Below, one piece after another: positions 27,834 through 41,021 of a stretch of 64,000 nucleotides of DNA. The position numbers and the translations under genes are program-made. How positions within the stretch are numbered: the stretch's first letter is position 1; each line of letters opens with the position of its first letter. The stretch covers positions 40,610,001 through 40,674,000 of the forward strand of contig OZ024754.1 in the NCBI GenBank assembly GCA_964016885.1, given 5' to 3'. The notes under the pieces are model-generated. The model saw nothing but the letters and a program-made list of their open reading frames with translations, had not been told where the DNA came from and searched no databases. Origin of the DNA: Eledone cirrhosa (taxonomy: Eukaryota).

Positions 27834-27896
27834 TAATTGTCTTATGTTGTTTATTACATTATATATATATATATATATATACACGTATACATTATA

Positions 27897-28071
27897 CAGT
27901 GAAATTCCATTATAATGACATTCACGGGGTATAAAAAAAAATTTGTTGTACTAAATAATTCTTTATAACAAAATCGATCTAACACATCGAGTGTTTGGCC
28001 GGGGATTGAAAAAATTTCATTATCCTGAAAAATTTGTTATAATGGTATTCGTTATAACATAATTTAACCTG
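27897..28071. mobile_element. pogo/Tigger-like MITE
   Basis: TA-CAGTGAAATTCCATTATAA...TTATAACATAATTTAACCTG, an imperfect TIR pair with CAG/CTG ends. Confidence 0.5.
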
Positions 28072-28195
28072 ATGAAGGACTAGCATCCGAAACGTTAAGA
28101 CCCTCTTCCTGCTATTTCAAGCGTTCAAGCATTAACCTAATATATTCCCTTCATATACTGTACTGATTGTGTTGTTATTTCCATTTACCTTTTAC
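28069..28195 (+). mobile_element. Second copy of the hammerhead-bearing repeat seen at 3529-3650 (Penelope-like terminal fragment)
   Basis: CTGATGAAGGACTAGCATCCGAAACGTTAAGACCCTCTTCCTGCTATTTCAAGCG...TACCTTTTTAC is nearly identical to 3533-3650. The 5' strand of stem I is lost, and the copy ends in (CA)/(TA)n. Confidence 0.75.
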
Positions 28196-28205
28196 ACACA
28201 CACAC

Positions 28206-28247
<42 letters not shown>

Positions 28248-28297
28248 CTATAAGGATAAGGAACAAGGATTCAGTGTTGCATCATAACATATTTAAT

Positions 28298-28391
28298 AAC
28301 ATATTACATATGTTTCACTATCGCTCAGCTCGAGGTATGATCTATTATAGATCGAACCCGTCTCTGTAATCGAAAGATCATCAGATATGCT
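28298..28391 (-). ncRNA. Type I hammerhead ribozyme with long stem II, sense to PAK intron 2
   Basis: AGCATAT-CTGATGA-[TCTTTCG..CAG..CGGGT..GATCTAT-A-ATAGATC..ACCTCG..CTG..CGATAGT]-GAAA-CATATG-TA-ATATGTT; the island lies between two (TA)n tracts. Confidence 0.75.
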
Positions 28392-29165
28392 TGCTATATG
28401 ATCTTGTCTCCGATTCTATGCAACCATACAACTATATATATATATATATATATATATACAAGTGGAAGCTTAGTAAAATGGAAGCTTTGGCTGTGGCCAA
28501 ACTAACGACCTACAATTAGGAATGTGTGGCAAAGCACTCAATAAGGTAGGCCTTAGAGTAATAACATAGGTTTAGACAGCTTGACAAATTGAAAATTGCG
28601 GCAGGCAGACCTAGCCACACAATACCAAAACCACCGAAAAAACTAATCTATATATCTGTGCTAAGTATAAAATGATGTAAGCTATCTTCAGCACTTAATA
28701 TCATCAATGAATGTCAGAAGTATTAAAAGAGGATTAATACTATCAATAATAGTTTAGAGTGAATTAAAATACATATTTCAGCCACCATTGATAAATTTTA
28801 TCCTTAAATTATATATCCTTATTAATATTATATTTCTGTAAATCATTCTTTCCGTTTACAATAGAGTATGAAATGTCATAAATACATTTCAATTGGTATT
28901 TGAAATGTTCTAAATTACTGCTTTTCCTTTTATGAAGCCAATTAGTTCCCACGAGAAACCAGCTGTGGAAAGGTTTATAACTATCTGCTGGTTATAACTT
29001 CTGCCAGAAACATATTACTATGTTTCCGGTGGCAGGCAGCGAGATTTGAACTTGGAGTGTACAAAGCCAGAACAGATATCACATCCTGTCTGTAACACAG
29101 TACCGAATCCACTGCCCCAAGATTGGTACTTTAGTATTTTATTTGTTGACTCTAAGAGAATGAAA

Positions 29166-30415
29166 CCAGTAAGATTTGTACACACAGTACAGTGTGTTGG
29201 TAAGATTTGTACACACAGTACAGTGTGTTGGAAGGATTTGTACACACAGTACAGTGTGTTGGTAAGATTTGTACACACAGTACAGTGTGTTGGTAGGATT
29301 TGTACACACAGTACAGTGTGTTGGTAGGATTTGTACACACAGTACAGTGTGTTGGAAGGATTTGTACACACAGTACAGTGTATTGGAAGGATTTGTACAC
29401 ACAGTACAGTGTGTTGGTAGGATTTGTACACACAGTACAGTATGTTGGTAGGATTTGTACACACAGTACAGTGTGTTGGTAAGATTTGTACACACAGTAC
29501 AGTGTGTTGGAAGGATTTGTACACACAGTACAGTATGTTGGTAGGATTTGTACACACAGTACAGAGTGTTAGTAAGATTTGTACACACAGTACAGTGTGT
29601 TGGTAAGATTTGTACACACAGTACAGTGTGTTGGAAGGATTTGTACACACAGTACAGTGTGTTGGTAGGATTTGTACACACAGTACAGTGTGTTGGAAGG
29701 ATTTGTACACACAGTACAGTGTGTTGGTAAGATTTGTACACACAGTACAGTGTGTTGGTAAGATTTGTACACACAATACAGTGTGTTGGTAAGATTTGTA
29801 CACACAGTACAGTGTGTTGGTAAGATTTGTACACACAGTACAGTGTGTTGGAAGGATTTGTACACACAGTACAGTGTGTTGGTAGGATTTGTACACACAG
29901 TACAGTGTGTTGGTAGGATTTGTACACACAGTACAGTGTGTTGGAAGGATTTGTACACACAGTACAGTGTGTTGGTAGGATTTGTACACACAGTACAGTG
30001 TGTTGGAAGGATTTGTACACACAGTACAGTGTGTTGGTAAGATTTGTACACACAGTACAGTGTGTTGGTAAGATTTGTACACACAATACAGTGTGTTGGT
30101 AAGATTTGTACACACAGTACAGTGTGTTAGTAAGATTTGTACACACACTACAGTGTGTTAGTAAGATTTGTACACACAGTACAGTGTGTTGGAAGGATTT
30201 GTACACACAGTACAGTGTGTTGGTAGGATTTGTACACACAGTACAGTGTGTTGGTAACAGTAGTGTATTGATACACACGGTACAGAGTGTTGGTAACAGT
30301 ACAGTGTAGTGATACACACAATACAGTGTGTTAGTAACAGTACAGTGTATTGATACACACAGTACAGTGTAGTGGTACACACAGTACAGAGTCACACAGT
30401 ACAAGGTGTTGGTAC
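29166..30415. repeat. 31-bp minisatellite, about 35 copies plus a degenerate edge
   Basis: GATTTGTACACACAGTACAGTGTGTTGGTAA; each unit holds an ACACAC/GTGTGT hairpin. Confidence 0.97.
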
Positions 30416-31595
30416 AAATACTGAGGTATTTTATCTAATGCCAATTCGTGCCCTTTATTTAAAATATTATATCAACACATTTGAAACTGTGTAACAATAT
30501 TAATATCAGAATCAATACCAATCAGATAACAAAAGACACTTATCAATATCAATCAGATAACAAAACTTAATATCAGTATCAATACCAATCAGGTGGAGAG
30601 TTTAGCTCAATGGAATCACATCCAAAATGATATCAAAACAAATTGATATAAAAAATATCCAATGCTGAAGATAATAAATTAACAAAGAAAATAGGAAAAC
30701 AGAAAAGTATATCAAAGTATTAATAGCTAATTAACGAGGATCTAATATAGGGGAGGGGGGGGGGATCTTTAAACATATGAACATTTTGGGCATCAACTAG
30801 AAAACGATTTCACTATTTCAGAAATAATAAAACTAAAACTGTGAAACTGGTAAAATATTAAAACAGAAAATACCACGAGAATACATACAATAAGTATTTT
30901 AAGGCCATTTTTACTGTTAAATAATTGTTTCAACTTTTGGCACAAGGCCAGCAATTACCTCAGTGCATTACTGGTACTTTATTTTACCGATCCTGTAAGG
31001 ATGAAAAGCAAAGCTAACCTCGGCGGGATTTGAACTCAGAACGTAAAGGGCCATATCTCTATGCTTGCAAAACAGGGTATCTGATACTCTACCAATCTTA
31101 CTGCCAATCCTATTATGTAATCAGAACAACAATAAATATTTTAGACTACTTGATAGATAACTGCCTGAAACTGACCGTAGTTTTATGATACAAATCTATT
31201 TTTAAGTGGTTCCCCCTCTTATCATAATTTTATTTGTTATGTTCCAAATACCGGCTTACTAATTAGAGAGTTAATTATATTATAACTATATTACTGTTGA
31301 TCTGAATCAACAAGATCCCAGACTTCATTCACTTACTGAGTGGAGTGGAACTCATCAGATTGGACCAAGGAAACAATGTTTCCATTGGTCTTTCCAATTG
31401 CTAGTAATACCTACCAGTTTCAACTCCTGGCAGTTGGAGCAATGTGAAATAAAGTATCTTGCTCAAGGACGTAACACATAGCCCGGCCCAGGAATTCAAC
31501 TCACAACCTCACAATTGTGAATCCAATTCTCTAACCACTGACCCCTCCTAAGCCCTCCAAATTCTTGATTATTTTCAAAATGAGTTTAAAATCAT

Positions 31596-32765
31596 AAGAT
31601 AGTGTATTTCATTAGAAATATAGTAATGAAAGAGTTAAAGACATAGACAGTGTCTTTCATTAGAAATATGGTAATGAAAGGGTTAATGACATAGGCAGTG
31701 TCTTTCATTAGAAATATGGTAATGAAAGGGTTAAAGACATAGACAGTGTCTTTCATTAGAAATATGGTAATGAAAGGGTTAAAGACATAGACAGTGTCTT
31801 TCATTAGAAATATGGTAATGAAAGGGTTAAAGACATAGACAGTGTCTTTCATTAGAAATATGGTAATGAAAGGGTTAAAGACATAGACAGTGTCTTTCAT
31901 TAGAAATATGGTAATGAAAGAGTTAAAGACATAGACAGTGTCTTTCATTAGAAATATGGTAATGAAAGGGTTAAAGACATAGACAGTGTCTTTCATTAGA
32001 AATATGGTAATGAAAGAGTTAAAGACATAGACAGTGTCTTTCATTAGAAATATGGTAATGAAAGAGTTAAAGACATAGACAGTGTCTTTCATTAGAAATA
32101 TGGTAATGAAAGGGTTAATGACATAGGCAGTGTCTTTCATTAGAAATATGGTAATGAAAGGGTTAAAGACTTAGACAGTGTCTTTCATTAGAAATATGGT
32201 AATGAAAGGGTTAAAGACTTAGACAGTGTCTTTCATTAGAAATATGGTAATGAAAGGGTTAAAGACACAGACAGTGTCTTTCATTAGAAATATGGTAATG
32301 AAAGGGTTAAAGACAGAGACAGTGTCTTTCATTAGAAATATGGTAATGAAAGGGTTAAAGACTTAGACAGTGTCTTTCATTAGAAATATAGTAATGAAAG
32401 GGTTAAAGACTTAGACAGTGTCTTTCATTAGAAATATGGTAATGAAAGGGTTAAAGACTTAGACAGTGTCTTTCATTAGAAATATAGTAATGAGGGAGGG
32501 TTAAAGACTTAGACAGTGTCTTTCATTAGAAATATGGTAATGAAAGGGTTAAAGACTTAGACAGTGTCTTTCATTAGAAATATAGTAATGAGGGAGGGTT
32601 AAAGACTTAGACAGTGTCTTTCATTAGAAATATGGTAATGAAAGGGTTAAAGACTTAGACAGTGTCTTTCATTAGAAATATAGTAATGAGGGAGGGTTAA
32701 AGACTTAGACAGTGTCTTTCATTAGAAATATAGTAATGAGGGAGGGGTAAGGACAGTGTCTTTCA
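31596..32765. repeat. 48-bp minisatellite built from a MITE terminus
   Basis: AGACAGTGTCTTTCATTAGAAATATGGTAATGAAAGGGTTAAAGACAT, about 24 copies. Confidence 0.95.
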
Positions 32766-33376
32766 AAGAGCTATAACAAATACCGCAAAACAGCCAGTCT
32801 GACCAATTCAAACACATTCCCCCAATACATCACTGGTAATTTATTTTATCAACACTGAAATGATGAAAGGCAAAAGTGACATTGGTAGGATTTGAACTCA
32901 GAATGCACAAAACTGGAACAACTACCACCCCACTCTCTAATGTCTGCCAATTCACCTCATTTTCTTGATGTTATTCCAACCATTTACAAAGTAAGAGGGA
33001 ATTTTATCAATCATCAGTTCAGGTTCTGTTAACTACAAAATCACTGAGTAACAAATTCCTTAGTTTCACATACCATGATAAATTGCACCGAGTACTCTCT
33101 GTAATGTTGTTGATATTACAAAGATCATCCAACGAAGATAAATAAGGAACATATGAGCAAGACATGGTCCTCTGTTTAGTGAAGTCTTTAGACCACGACA
33201 TCCCGTCAACCCAAGTCAATATGGAAGACAGAAACCATGACAACCTGACAACCCATGTCACAACACAGATATAAAATGATGATGAAATACAACTAAAATG
33301 TTTGAACGCCTTTATCATTCATTAAATAAATATATGATGTGAATCTAAGGTCATATATGATCCAATAAAAGTTATT

Positions 33377-33925
33377 AAAAACTACCTAGCAAGCTACCAG
33401 TCTAGTTCGGGACTAATGTGCTACCAAACTAACCAATATTAAAACTACCTAGAAAGCTACCAATCTGGTTCAGGACTAATACCAAACTAACCAATATAAT
33501 AACTACCTAGCAAGCTACCAGTCTAGTTCGGGACTAATGTGCTACCAAACTAACCAATATAAAAACTACCTAGCAAGCTACCAATCTGGTTCAGGACTAA
33601 TACCAAACTAATCAATATAATAACTACCTAGCAAGCTACCAGTCTAGTTCGGGACTAATGTGCTACCAAACTAACCAATATTAAAACTACCTAGAAAGCT
33701 ACCAATCTGGTTCAGGACTAATACCAAACTAACCAATATAATAACTACCTAGCAAGCTACCAGTCTAGTTCGGGACTAATGTGCTACCAAACTAACCAAT
33801 ATAAAAACTACCTAGCAAGCTACCAATCTGGTTCAGGACTAATACCAAACTAATCAATATAATAACTACCTAGCAAGCTACCAGTCTAGTTCGGGACTAA
33901 TGTGCTACCAAACTAACTAATATAC
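33377..33925. repeat. Higher-order tandem repeat (about 60 / 121 / 242 bp)
   Basis: Alternating A/B monomers; TCTAGTTCGG recurs every 121 bp. Confidence 0.9.
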
Positions 33926-35661
33926 AGCTACTTGTAAGTGGCATACAGTAAAGTTAGGAAAATACTCACATACAAATCCAGCAACTAAAGTTAACAAGGC
34001 AATAATTTAGATTCAATTATTGACAAAAACAAAAAATATATTTTTTGAAAGGGAGATGATAATTTACTTTTAAACCAGAATAGAAAAAAAAATCCACTAA
34101 AGTTAATATTTTAACAAAATAGTGAAATATTTCTTATTTTTAGAAGTTCCATAGGCTCCATTTAGTTATGGCTAACCATTGGTTTGAATTTGTAAAGTTC
34201 TTCTACAAGGGTGCAAGCCTGGGCAAAAAGGATTTTGAGGAGAGTCAGCAGTCACCCATCCATTCTAATCTCCCCTCTCCACAACACCAATATTGTTCAA
34301 GGGAAAGAACAATACAGCTTAGCACCAGTGTCTTCACAAATTATATTTTGGACTGGAGTTACATGAAATAAAATGTTTTCTGAAGGACAAAATATGCTGC
34401 CCAGACGAAGAATTTAACTCATAACCATGAACCCAACACCCTAACCACTAAGCCATGTACCTTCACGTTTTACAAACAAATTAGAAAATAAATGAATTTG
34501 GACTTTTAATTATTCAGTGAATACAAATTCCCTTTAAATATATTTAGAGGCTGATGTTTGCATCTTAACATCTTTTAATGATTTAGAAAATATCTAAAAA
34601 TAGATTTGTTAATTCAAATGATTATAGTATCTTTACTAATGGATAAATATTGTGAAAATTTACAATATTAGAGTTAAGACTTTAATTTTATGTTGATGCA
34701 ATCATAGTGTTGCTTTGTACACCGAGGAATGTCTTGCTAACGTTGTTTCATGTGATAGAGGACATTAAGAGTTAAAACTAGTGACCATAAGGTTAATTTT
34801 TTCACTATGTACTAACCAAGACAAGGGGAATTATTCTCTTATTTAATTAATCTCATTTTAAAAACAGATAATGCTTCCATTTCAGAACTGAAGTATTTAG
34901 AGTTAGGTAAAACATCATGCTGCAAATCACACACAGCAGTTCATTTATTTGTTGAAATTTTAAGAACCCATGAAAGAATGGGAGCAGGGAAGCAAGAAAT
35001 ATTTTGAAAACAAAACAAAAAAAGAACAAACGACAATTTAACAGGAAAATAATTGAAATAAGCACATGGCTTTCAGTAAATGTGGAAACAAATACACTTA
35101 ATTCATTAAAAAAAACAACATTAAATTGAGAAAATACGAAACTAAAAAAAGTGATAAATATGATACACAGTCTAAATCTGAAATTTACTAGTGATAAATA
35201 ATAAATTTTAAAAAAAATTTAAAGCCTGGCAAAATCCTTGAGGTTTATCAGGGGCGAGATTGTCCCAGTTCTATTGATGTTGAGGAATTGAGAGCAGCTT
35301 CTGTTGGTGGTACTCAGTCTTAGCCAAGTTGACTGAAGTGTTTTGATCAAGGACAGTCTGGGAAGCTTGCAATATTACAGTCCTGAATCTAACACCCTAA
35401 CCACTAGGCCATGCACCTTCCCTAGTGATTTAGGACAGCCTATATTTTTAATGTCTATACTGAAATATACTAAATATGCAACAACAATAAACTATGTTTA
35501 ATTGAAGATTAAACAAAGCTCATGATAAAGGAATGGGCAGTGAATTGACAGAGTCATTAGAACATCAGATAGAATGCCTTGCAGTATTTGTTCCAACTCT
35601 CAGCTCCCTCAGTTCAAATCCCGCCGAGGTCAACTTCACCTTTTAACCATTCAAAGTTGAT

Positions 35662-35945
35662 TAAAAAAGTACCGGTCTAGAATTGTGGTCGATTAAAAAG
35701 TACCAGTCTGGTACTGAGGCCAATTAAAAAAGTACCAGTCTGGTACTGAGGCCAATTAAAAAAGTACCAGTCTAGTACTGAGGCCAATCAAAAAAGTACC
35801 AGTCTAGTACTGAGGCCAATCAAAAAAGTACCAGTCTAGTACTGAGGCCAATCAAAAAAGTACCAGTCTAGTACTGAGGCCAATCAAAAAAGTACCAGTC
35901 TAGTACTGAGGCCAATCAAAAAAGTACCAGTCTAGTACTGAGGTT
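35662..35945. repeat. About 32-bp minisatellite amplified from a SINE interior
   Basis: AAAAAAGTACCAGTCTAGTACTGAGGCCAATC units directly follow a SINE A head. Confidence 0.9.
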
Positions 35946-37804
35946 GATTCTTCCTCTATATCTCTTTCTCACTCTCTTTATCCTTCTATGGAAGAAATCT
36001 GCTGTATTCAGGCTTGGAGAGGAGATGGACTTCACCAGGTTTTAAAATGCCCTAGAAATGCCACATGTCAATAGCTACCCCTAACAACTCCACCGGGAGT
36101 TACAGGTCCATACATACATAATATAGGAATAAAAATAGGTCTTAAATTTAATGAATGAAAAAAAAAGCCAACATTTTCTCATCTAACACATACTGATGTA
36201 ATTGTATTTATATTTATGCAATATTGGCATTTCTTTCAAAGATAATACCCTAAAACTAGCAGAACTACAAATGTCAAATGTACAAAAAGAATGATAGTAA
36301 AATCATTCTGTTAAAAAAGCTAACAGTTGACATTTAAGTAGGAAATTATTGTAGTTTATAAAGTTCCGACAAAATTCATTAATACAGTTACATTTTTCTT
36401 TTCTTTTTTTATATATCAGAGTGAGATTTGTATAGTTAAGAGTTACAATCAGTTTAATTTACATTTACCCAGGCTGACACAAAGTTTAAACTGTTAAAGT
36501 CTGTCCTAAGCCCCAGAGCTTATCTCAGTTTCAGTGGTGTTAACTCTGTAGCATTTAAACTGACCAAAATTCTCTCATCTCTTTCTGTTCAAACCAGCCG
36601 TAACTGGCCACTCATATCAATGTTAACGTATTGTTCTCAAAATAAATATCAAAATCTCATAGATTCAATATTATGTGAGATATTATGTGAGAGAAAGCCT
36701 TTATAAAATAGTATATATAAAGTAATGTGAATGCTAAAGGGTTTAAACAACTGAGAGTACAAGACTGGATAGGATGCCAGTCCTTCACAGAGTTAAACCC
36801 CTAACTGCTCCTGCTGTTGGTACTCATCTTCAAATGAGTATACTGGAGCAATGTGAAATGAAATGTTTTGCTCAAGAACATGACATACCACCTTGACCAG
36901 GAATCAAACTCACAACCATGAGCCCAATTTCCTAAACACAGAGCTAAATACACTCTCTAGATTCCAATAGTCATTTCATTTCGTAAGCCTTTATCAAATC
37001 AACAGAACTTAGAATTGTATAACATTTGTATTCAAATTTGTTGTAGTGCACCTGAGCACTGTACACAATAATTTCAAACTAGAAATTCAGTTCATAATAT
37101 TTTCAAAATATTTAAATTCAGGATTTAAAATGGTTTTTAAGTTAGACATAAAGCCACTAATTTGGGAGAAGGAGAAAGTCAATTATATCAACCCCAGTAC
37201 ATAACTGGTACTTTATCTCATCAAGCCTGGAAGGATGAAAGACAAAGTTGACCTCAACAAGATTTGAACTTAGAATGCAAAAGAATTGGAATAAATACTG
37301 CAAAGTATTTTGTCTGACACTCTACCAATTCTACCAATCCACAGAACTAATTTGTGACTTTAGTTAAAAACAGAAAATATATGTCAGCATCTAAAATAGA
37401 CGATCATACTTTCATTAACCCCTACTTTCATTAACCCTTTAGCATTTAAACCAACTGCATCTGGCTAGAATTTTATCACCTCTTTTTGTTTAAACTGGCC
37501 ATAACTGGCCACTCATACTGACATTAAGGTATTGTTCTCAAAATAAATAATATCAAAATCTCAGATTCAATGTTATGTGAGATAATTATGTGATTATTAT
37601 TTACCAGTGAATTGGCAGTATCGGTAGAGGGTTGGACGCCATGCTTTGACGCATAGAGTTACGGCCCTTGCCATTCTGAGTTCAAATCCCGCCGAGGTTA
37701 ACTTTGCCTTTCATCCTTACGGGGTCGATAAAATAAAGTACCAGTAATGTACTGGATAATTGCTGGCCTTGTGCCAAAAGTAGAAACAATTATTTACCAC
37801 GACA

Positions 37805-38190
37805 ATACAATAGTATATCAGAGTAATGTAGATATTATGTGAGGTAAGGCCTTTACCATGAAAATACAATAGTATATACAGAGTAATGTAGATATTATGT
37901 GAGGTAAAGCCTTTACCATGAAAATACAATAGTATATACAGAGTAATGTAGATATTATGTGAGGTAAAGCCTTTACCATGAAAATACAATAGTATATACA
38001 GAGTAATGTAAATATTATGTGAGATAAAGCCTTTACCACGAAAATACAATAGTATATACAGAGTAATGTAGATATTATGTGAGGTAAAGCCTTTACCACG
38101 AAAATACAATAGTATATACAGAGTAATGTAGATATTATGTGAGGTAAAGCCTTTACCATGAAAATACAATAGTATATACAGAGTAATGTA
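37805..38190. repeat. 60-bp minisatellite inside a piggyBac-like MITE
   Basis: AAAATACAATAGTATATACAGAGTAATGTAGATATTATGTGAGGTAAAGCCTTTACCATG x6, then the MITE TIR. Confidence 0.92.
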
Positions 38191-38276
38191 AATGCTAAAG
38201 GGTTAAGAAACCTTTGTAATTCTTAATTAATGAATAATTATGTATTTTTTTAGCAAAGAAGCTTAATTAAACAAAC

Positions 38277-38825
38277 CTTATCATAATCCATCCTTCCATG
38301 GTGTTTTGGTATTACTCGATTTACATTGCTGAGAGGTGCTGGAAAGTTGTGTTTTGGAAGAACAGGGACCATCAACGATCCATTCATGGGGTTTGGTGGA
38401 CGGTACTCTTCTCGATTCGGTCCCCCTCCAACAGAATAAGGTGGGGGACCTTCACGAGAGCGTTCATCGTTATATCTGTGATCAGGAAATCCACCGTCTG
38501 AATATCGAGGACGAATTTGGTTGTCAATATAATTTTTCTGATGAATTGGTTCATGAGGTAAGCTTTTGAAATCTCTGTCTTTATAAGGACTGTTCATGTG
38601 ATCTCGCATGTATGAGTGATTAAGATGAGTGGAGTGTGGTCGGTTATTGTAATTAATTGGCTCATCTTCCGGTACTGATGCATAATAACTGTCAGGAACA
38701 TAGCGTTTGTGCCGCAATGATGGTGGACTTTCTTTCCGTAGAGAATTCGATCTTGCAACTGTGATTCCTTTACTGTCTGGTGCATAACCATTGATGCTTG
38801 ACGAGGAACTGCCTCGAACTACTGT
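38277..38825 (-). CDS. PAK4: Group II PAK, coding exon 2 (TVVRGS...VARSNSLRKESP plus linker)
   Basis: Acceptor ttcag|ACA and donor AAG|GTTTGT; 549 nt open frame. The TVVRGS and RSNSLRKESP motifs are conserved in PAK4/mbt. Confidence 0.9.
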
Positions 38826-39017
38826 CTGAAATAGAAATAAAAATTCAGTAGATTTCTTTTTTAAAATTACTGTAAAAAAATATATTACATTTTACAGACG
38901 AGAAAAAAATATTGGATTGTGTTTATTAATCATTTGTTTTTCTTTGACATCAATAATGAAAAATATTCTATCAAACTTTTAAAATAGATTTACTGTTCAA
39001 TAGGTAGTCATAAGTTT

Positions 39018-39281
39018 TAACCCTTTTGTTACCATATTTCAATTGAAAGACAAAACCAATGATTTTTTCTTTCAATTGATTTTTTAAAATAATCAAGAAT
39101 TTTGAAGAAATTTAGTAAAATAACTTTCTCATTACAAAGCTGGTATTTGGAACATAACTTAAAAATGTTCTTACATAAAATGATGATGGAAGATCTTTAG
39201 ATAAATATAAACATTTTAAAACAAACAGTTTTGTATCAGAACCTAGCACAATTTCAGGCAGTTTTATGACAAAAGGGTTTA
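39018..39281. mobile_element. Second TTAA/CCC-GGG MITE family (related copies near 15535-15762, 22600-23230 and 56520-56740)
   Basis: TTAACCCTTTTGTTACCATATTTC...GACAAAAGGGTTTAA. Confidence 0.6.
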
Positions 39282-40670
39282 AATAGTTGTACAGAAATAA
39301 GATATTTCACAAACAAGATCAATTTAAAAAAAAAAAAAAAAATCTGATAATATTGAATAACCATCAATAACTACAACAATGAAATATATATTCTATAAAA
39401 CTTTTAAATTTAAAACTCCAATAAAATGTTTTTTACTATTCAATATCTAATGATATGTTTTCATATTATTAAGAGGGCCTCTTCTTCCCATTAACACAGT
39501 TCTAATATTACTATTCTAACCATTCCAGTGTTGGTGTCATGTTACAACAACAGTTAAGTAACACAGTGGAATTGGTAAAGTTGTTTGAACATCAGATAAA
39601 ATGCTGTGGTATTCCTTCCAGCTCAACTCACTGTGTTCTGTGTTCAAATCCTGACAAGTTCAAATTTGTCTTACATTATTTATTTATGGGGATAAGGTCC
39701 TTTAAAAAGTATCATTTGAGGAGTTGTGGATTGGCAGAGTTGATATCAAATCCTGCTCTGTGAATTCTGGGTTCAAATTCCACTTCTTTGTGCCATGGCT
39801 AATAACTGGGTCTAATATGACAATCAGCTCCTTTTTTTTCTTTTTTTTTTGTAAACAATATAATAAATTGGTGGTAGTGTTTTGGGGGTGGATGGAGTGG
39901 TGTTGGGGTGCTCATGACCCTTGTAGGTCCTCCCAGGTAGGTGAGATTGATGCAGAAGATGTTCAACTGAACATCAATAGGTTGATACGTGGAAGACTAG
40001 GACAGGAAAACTGACAATTCCATCAGAAAGCCTAAATTTCTTTACAATATACTAAACACAACAAAGGGGATCTCAGCAGAGGGAAATCAATAAAGGTATT
40101 GAACTTTCAGTGGAGAGTAGACGGTTTACATCTCATTACCGGCACTGGGTTATATGGGTTATATCCATAGCCGAGATAGTTATACATGTAGGGTCTGTAC
40201 ATCTTTCTAGAAACGGATATCCTGTATATTTGAAGAACACTTCATCACCTTGCAGTACTAAGCTTAAATCTGACCGTAGTTGCATAGCTTGCAGTGAGGT
40301 AATTGAATAACCCAGTAGCTAATGGACCACTCATATATACATACATACACATATATATATATACATACATATATATATATATATACACCAACCAGTCCTA
40401 GTAATGGATACAAGTAACGTTTAATACATCATGTATGATTTTCCAGAACTTTCTCAAGACACAATCACTTTACCACTTTACCAGTGTATACCACAAATAC
40501 CAAGATGTCACAGTCATTACTTTTAAATAAAGGCTGGTCAGAAATAGAACTAATTAGCATTAGATACGTTTTTAAAAACATAAACATTCCAGATTGAAAA
40601 CATTAACAGATAAAACAATAATCAACATACCTCGGAGAGTTTGCCTATATATATATATATATACATGCAC

Positions 40671-40701
<31 letters not shown>

Positions 40702-40842
40702 TATATATACACATACGCAGACATATATATATACACACACACACACACACATATACACATAGACACATATATACACACACACACATATATACACACACAT
40801 ATATACACACACACATATATATACATACGCAGACATATATAT

Positions 40843-40881
<39 letters not shown>

Positions 40882-40882
40882 T

Positions 40883-41021
<139 letters not shown>

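Larger units (their letters stand above)
27657..27856. repeat. Palindrome with 96-bp arms, 2 mismatches and an 8-nt loop, abutting (TA)n
   Basis: 27657-27752 is the reverse complement of 27761-27856. Confidence 0.97.

Noticed and set aside
29018-30404. 376-421 aa Cys-rich repetitive ORFs and a CRISPR-like appearance
   Set aside because: A 31-bp tandem minisatellite with no unique spacers and no cas genes, in a eukaryotic intron.
40160-40235. GAAACGGATATCCTGTA stem III-like motif near a TA tract
   Set aside because: No convincing CUGANGA or stem I upstream.
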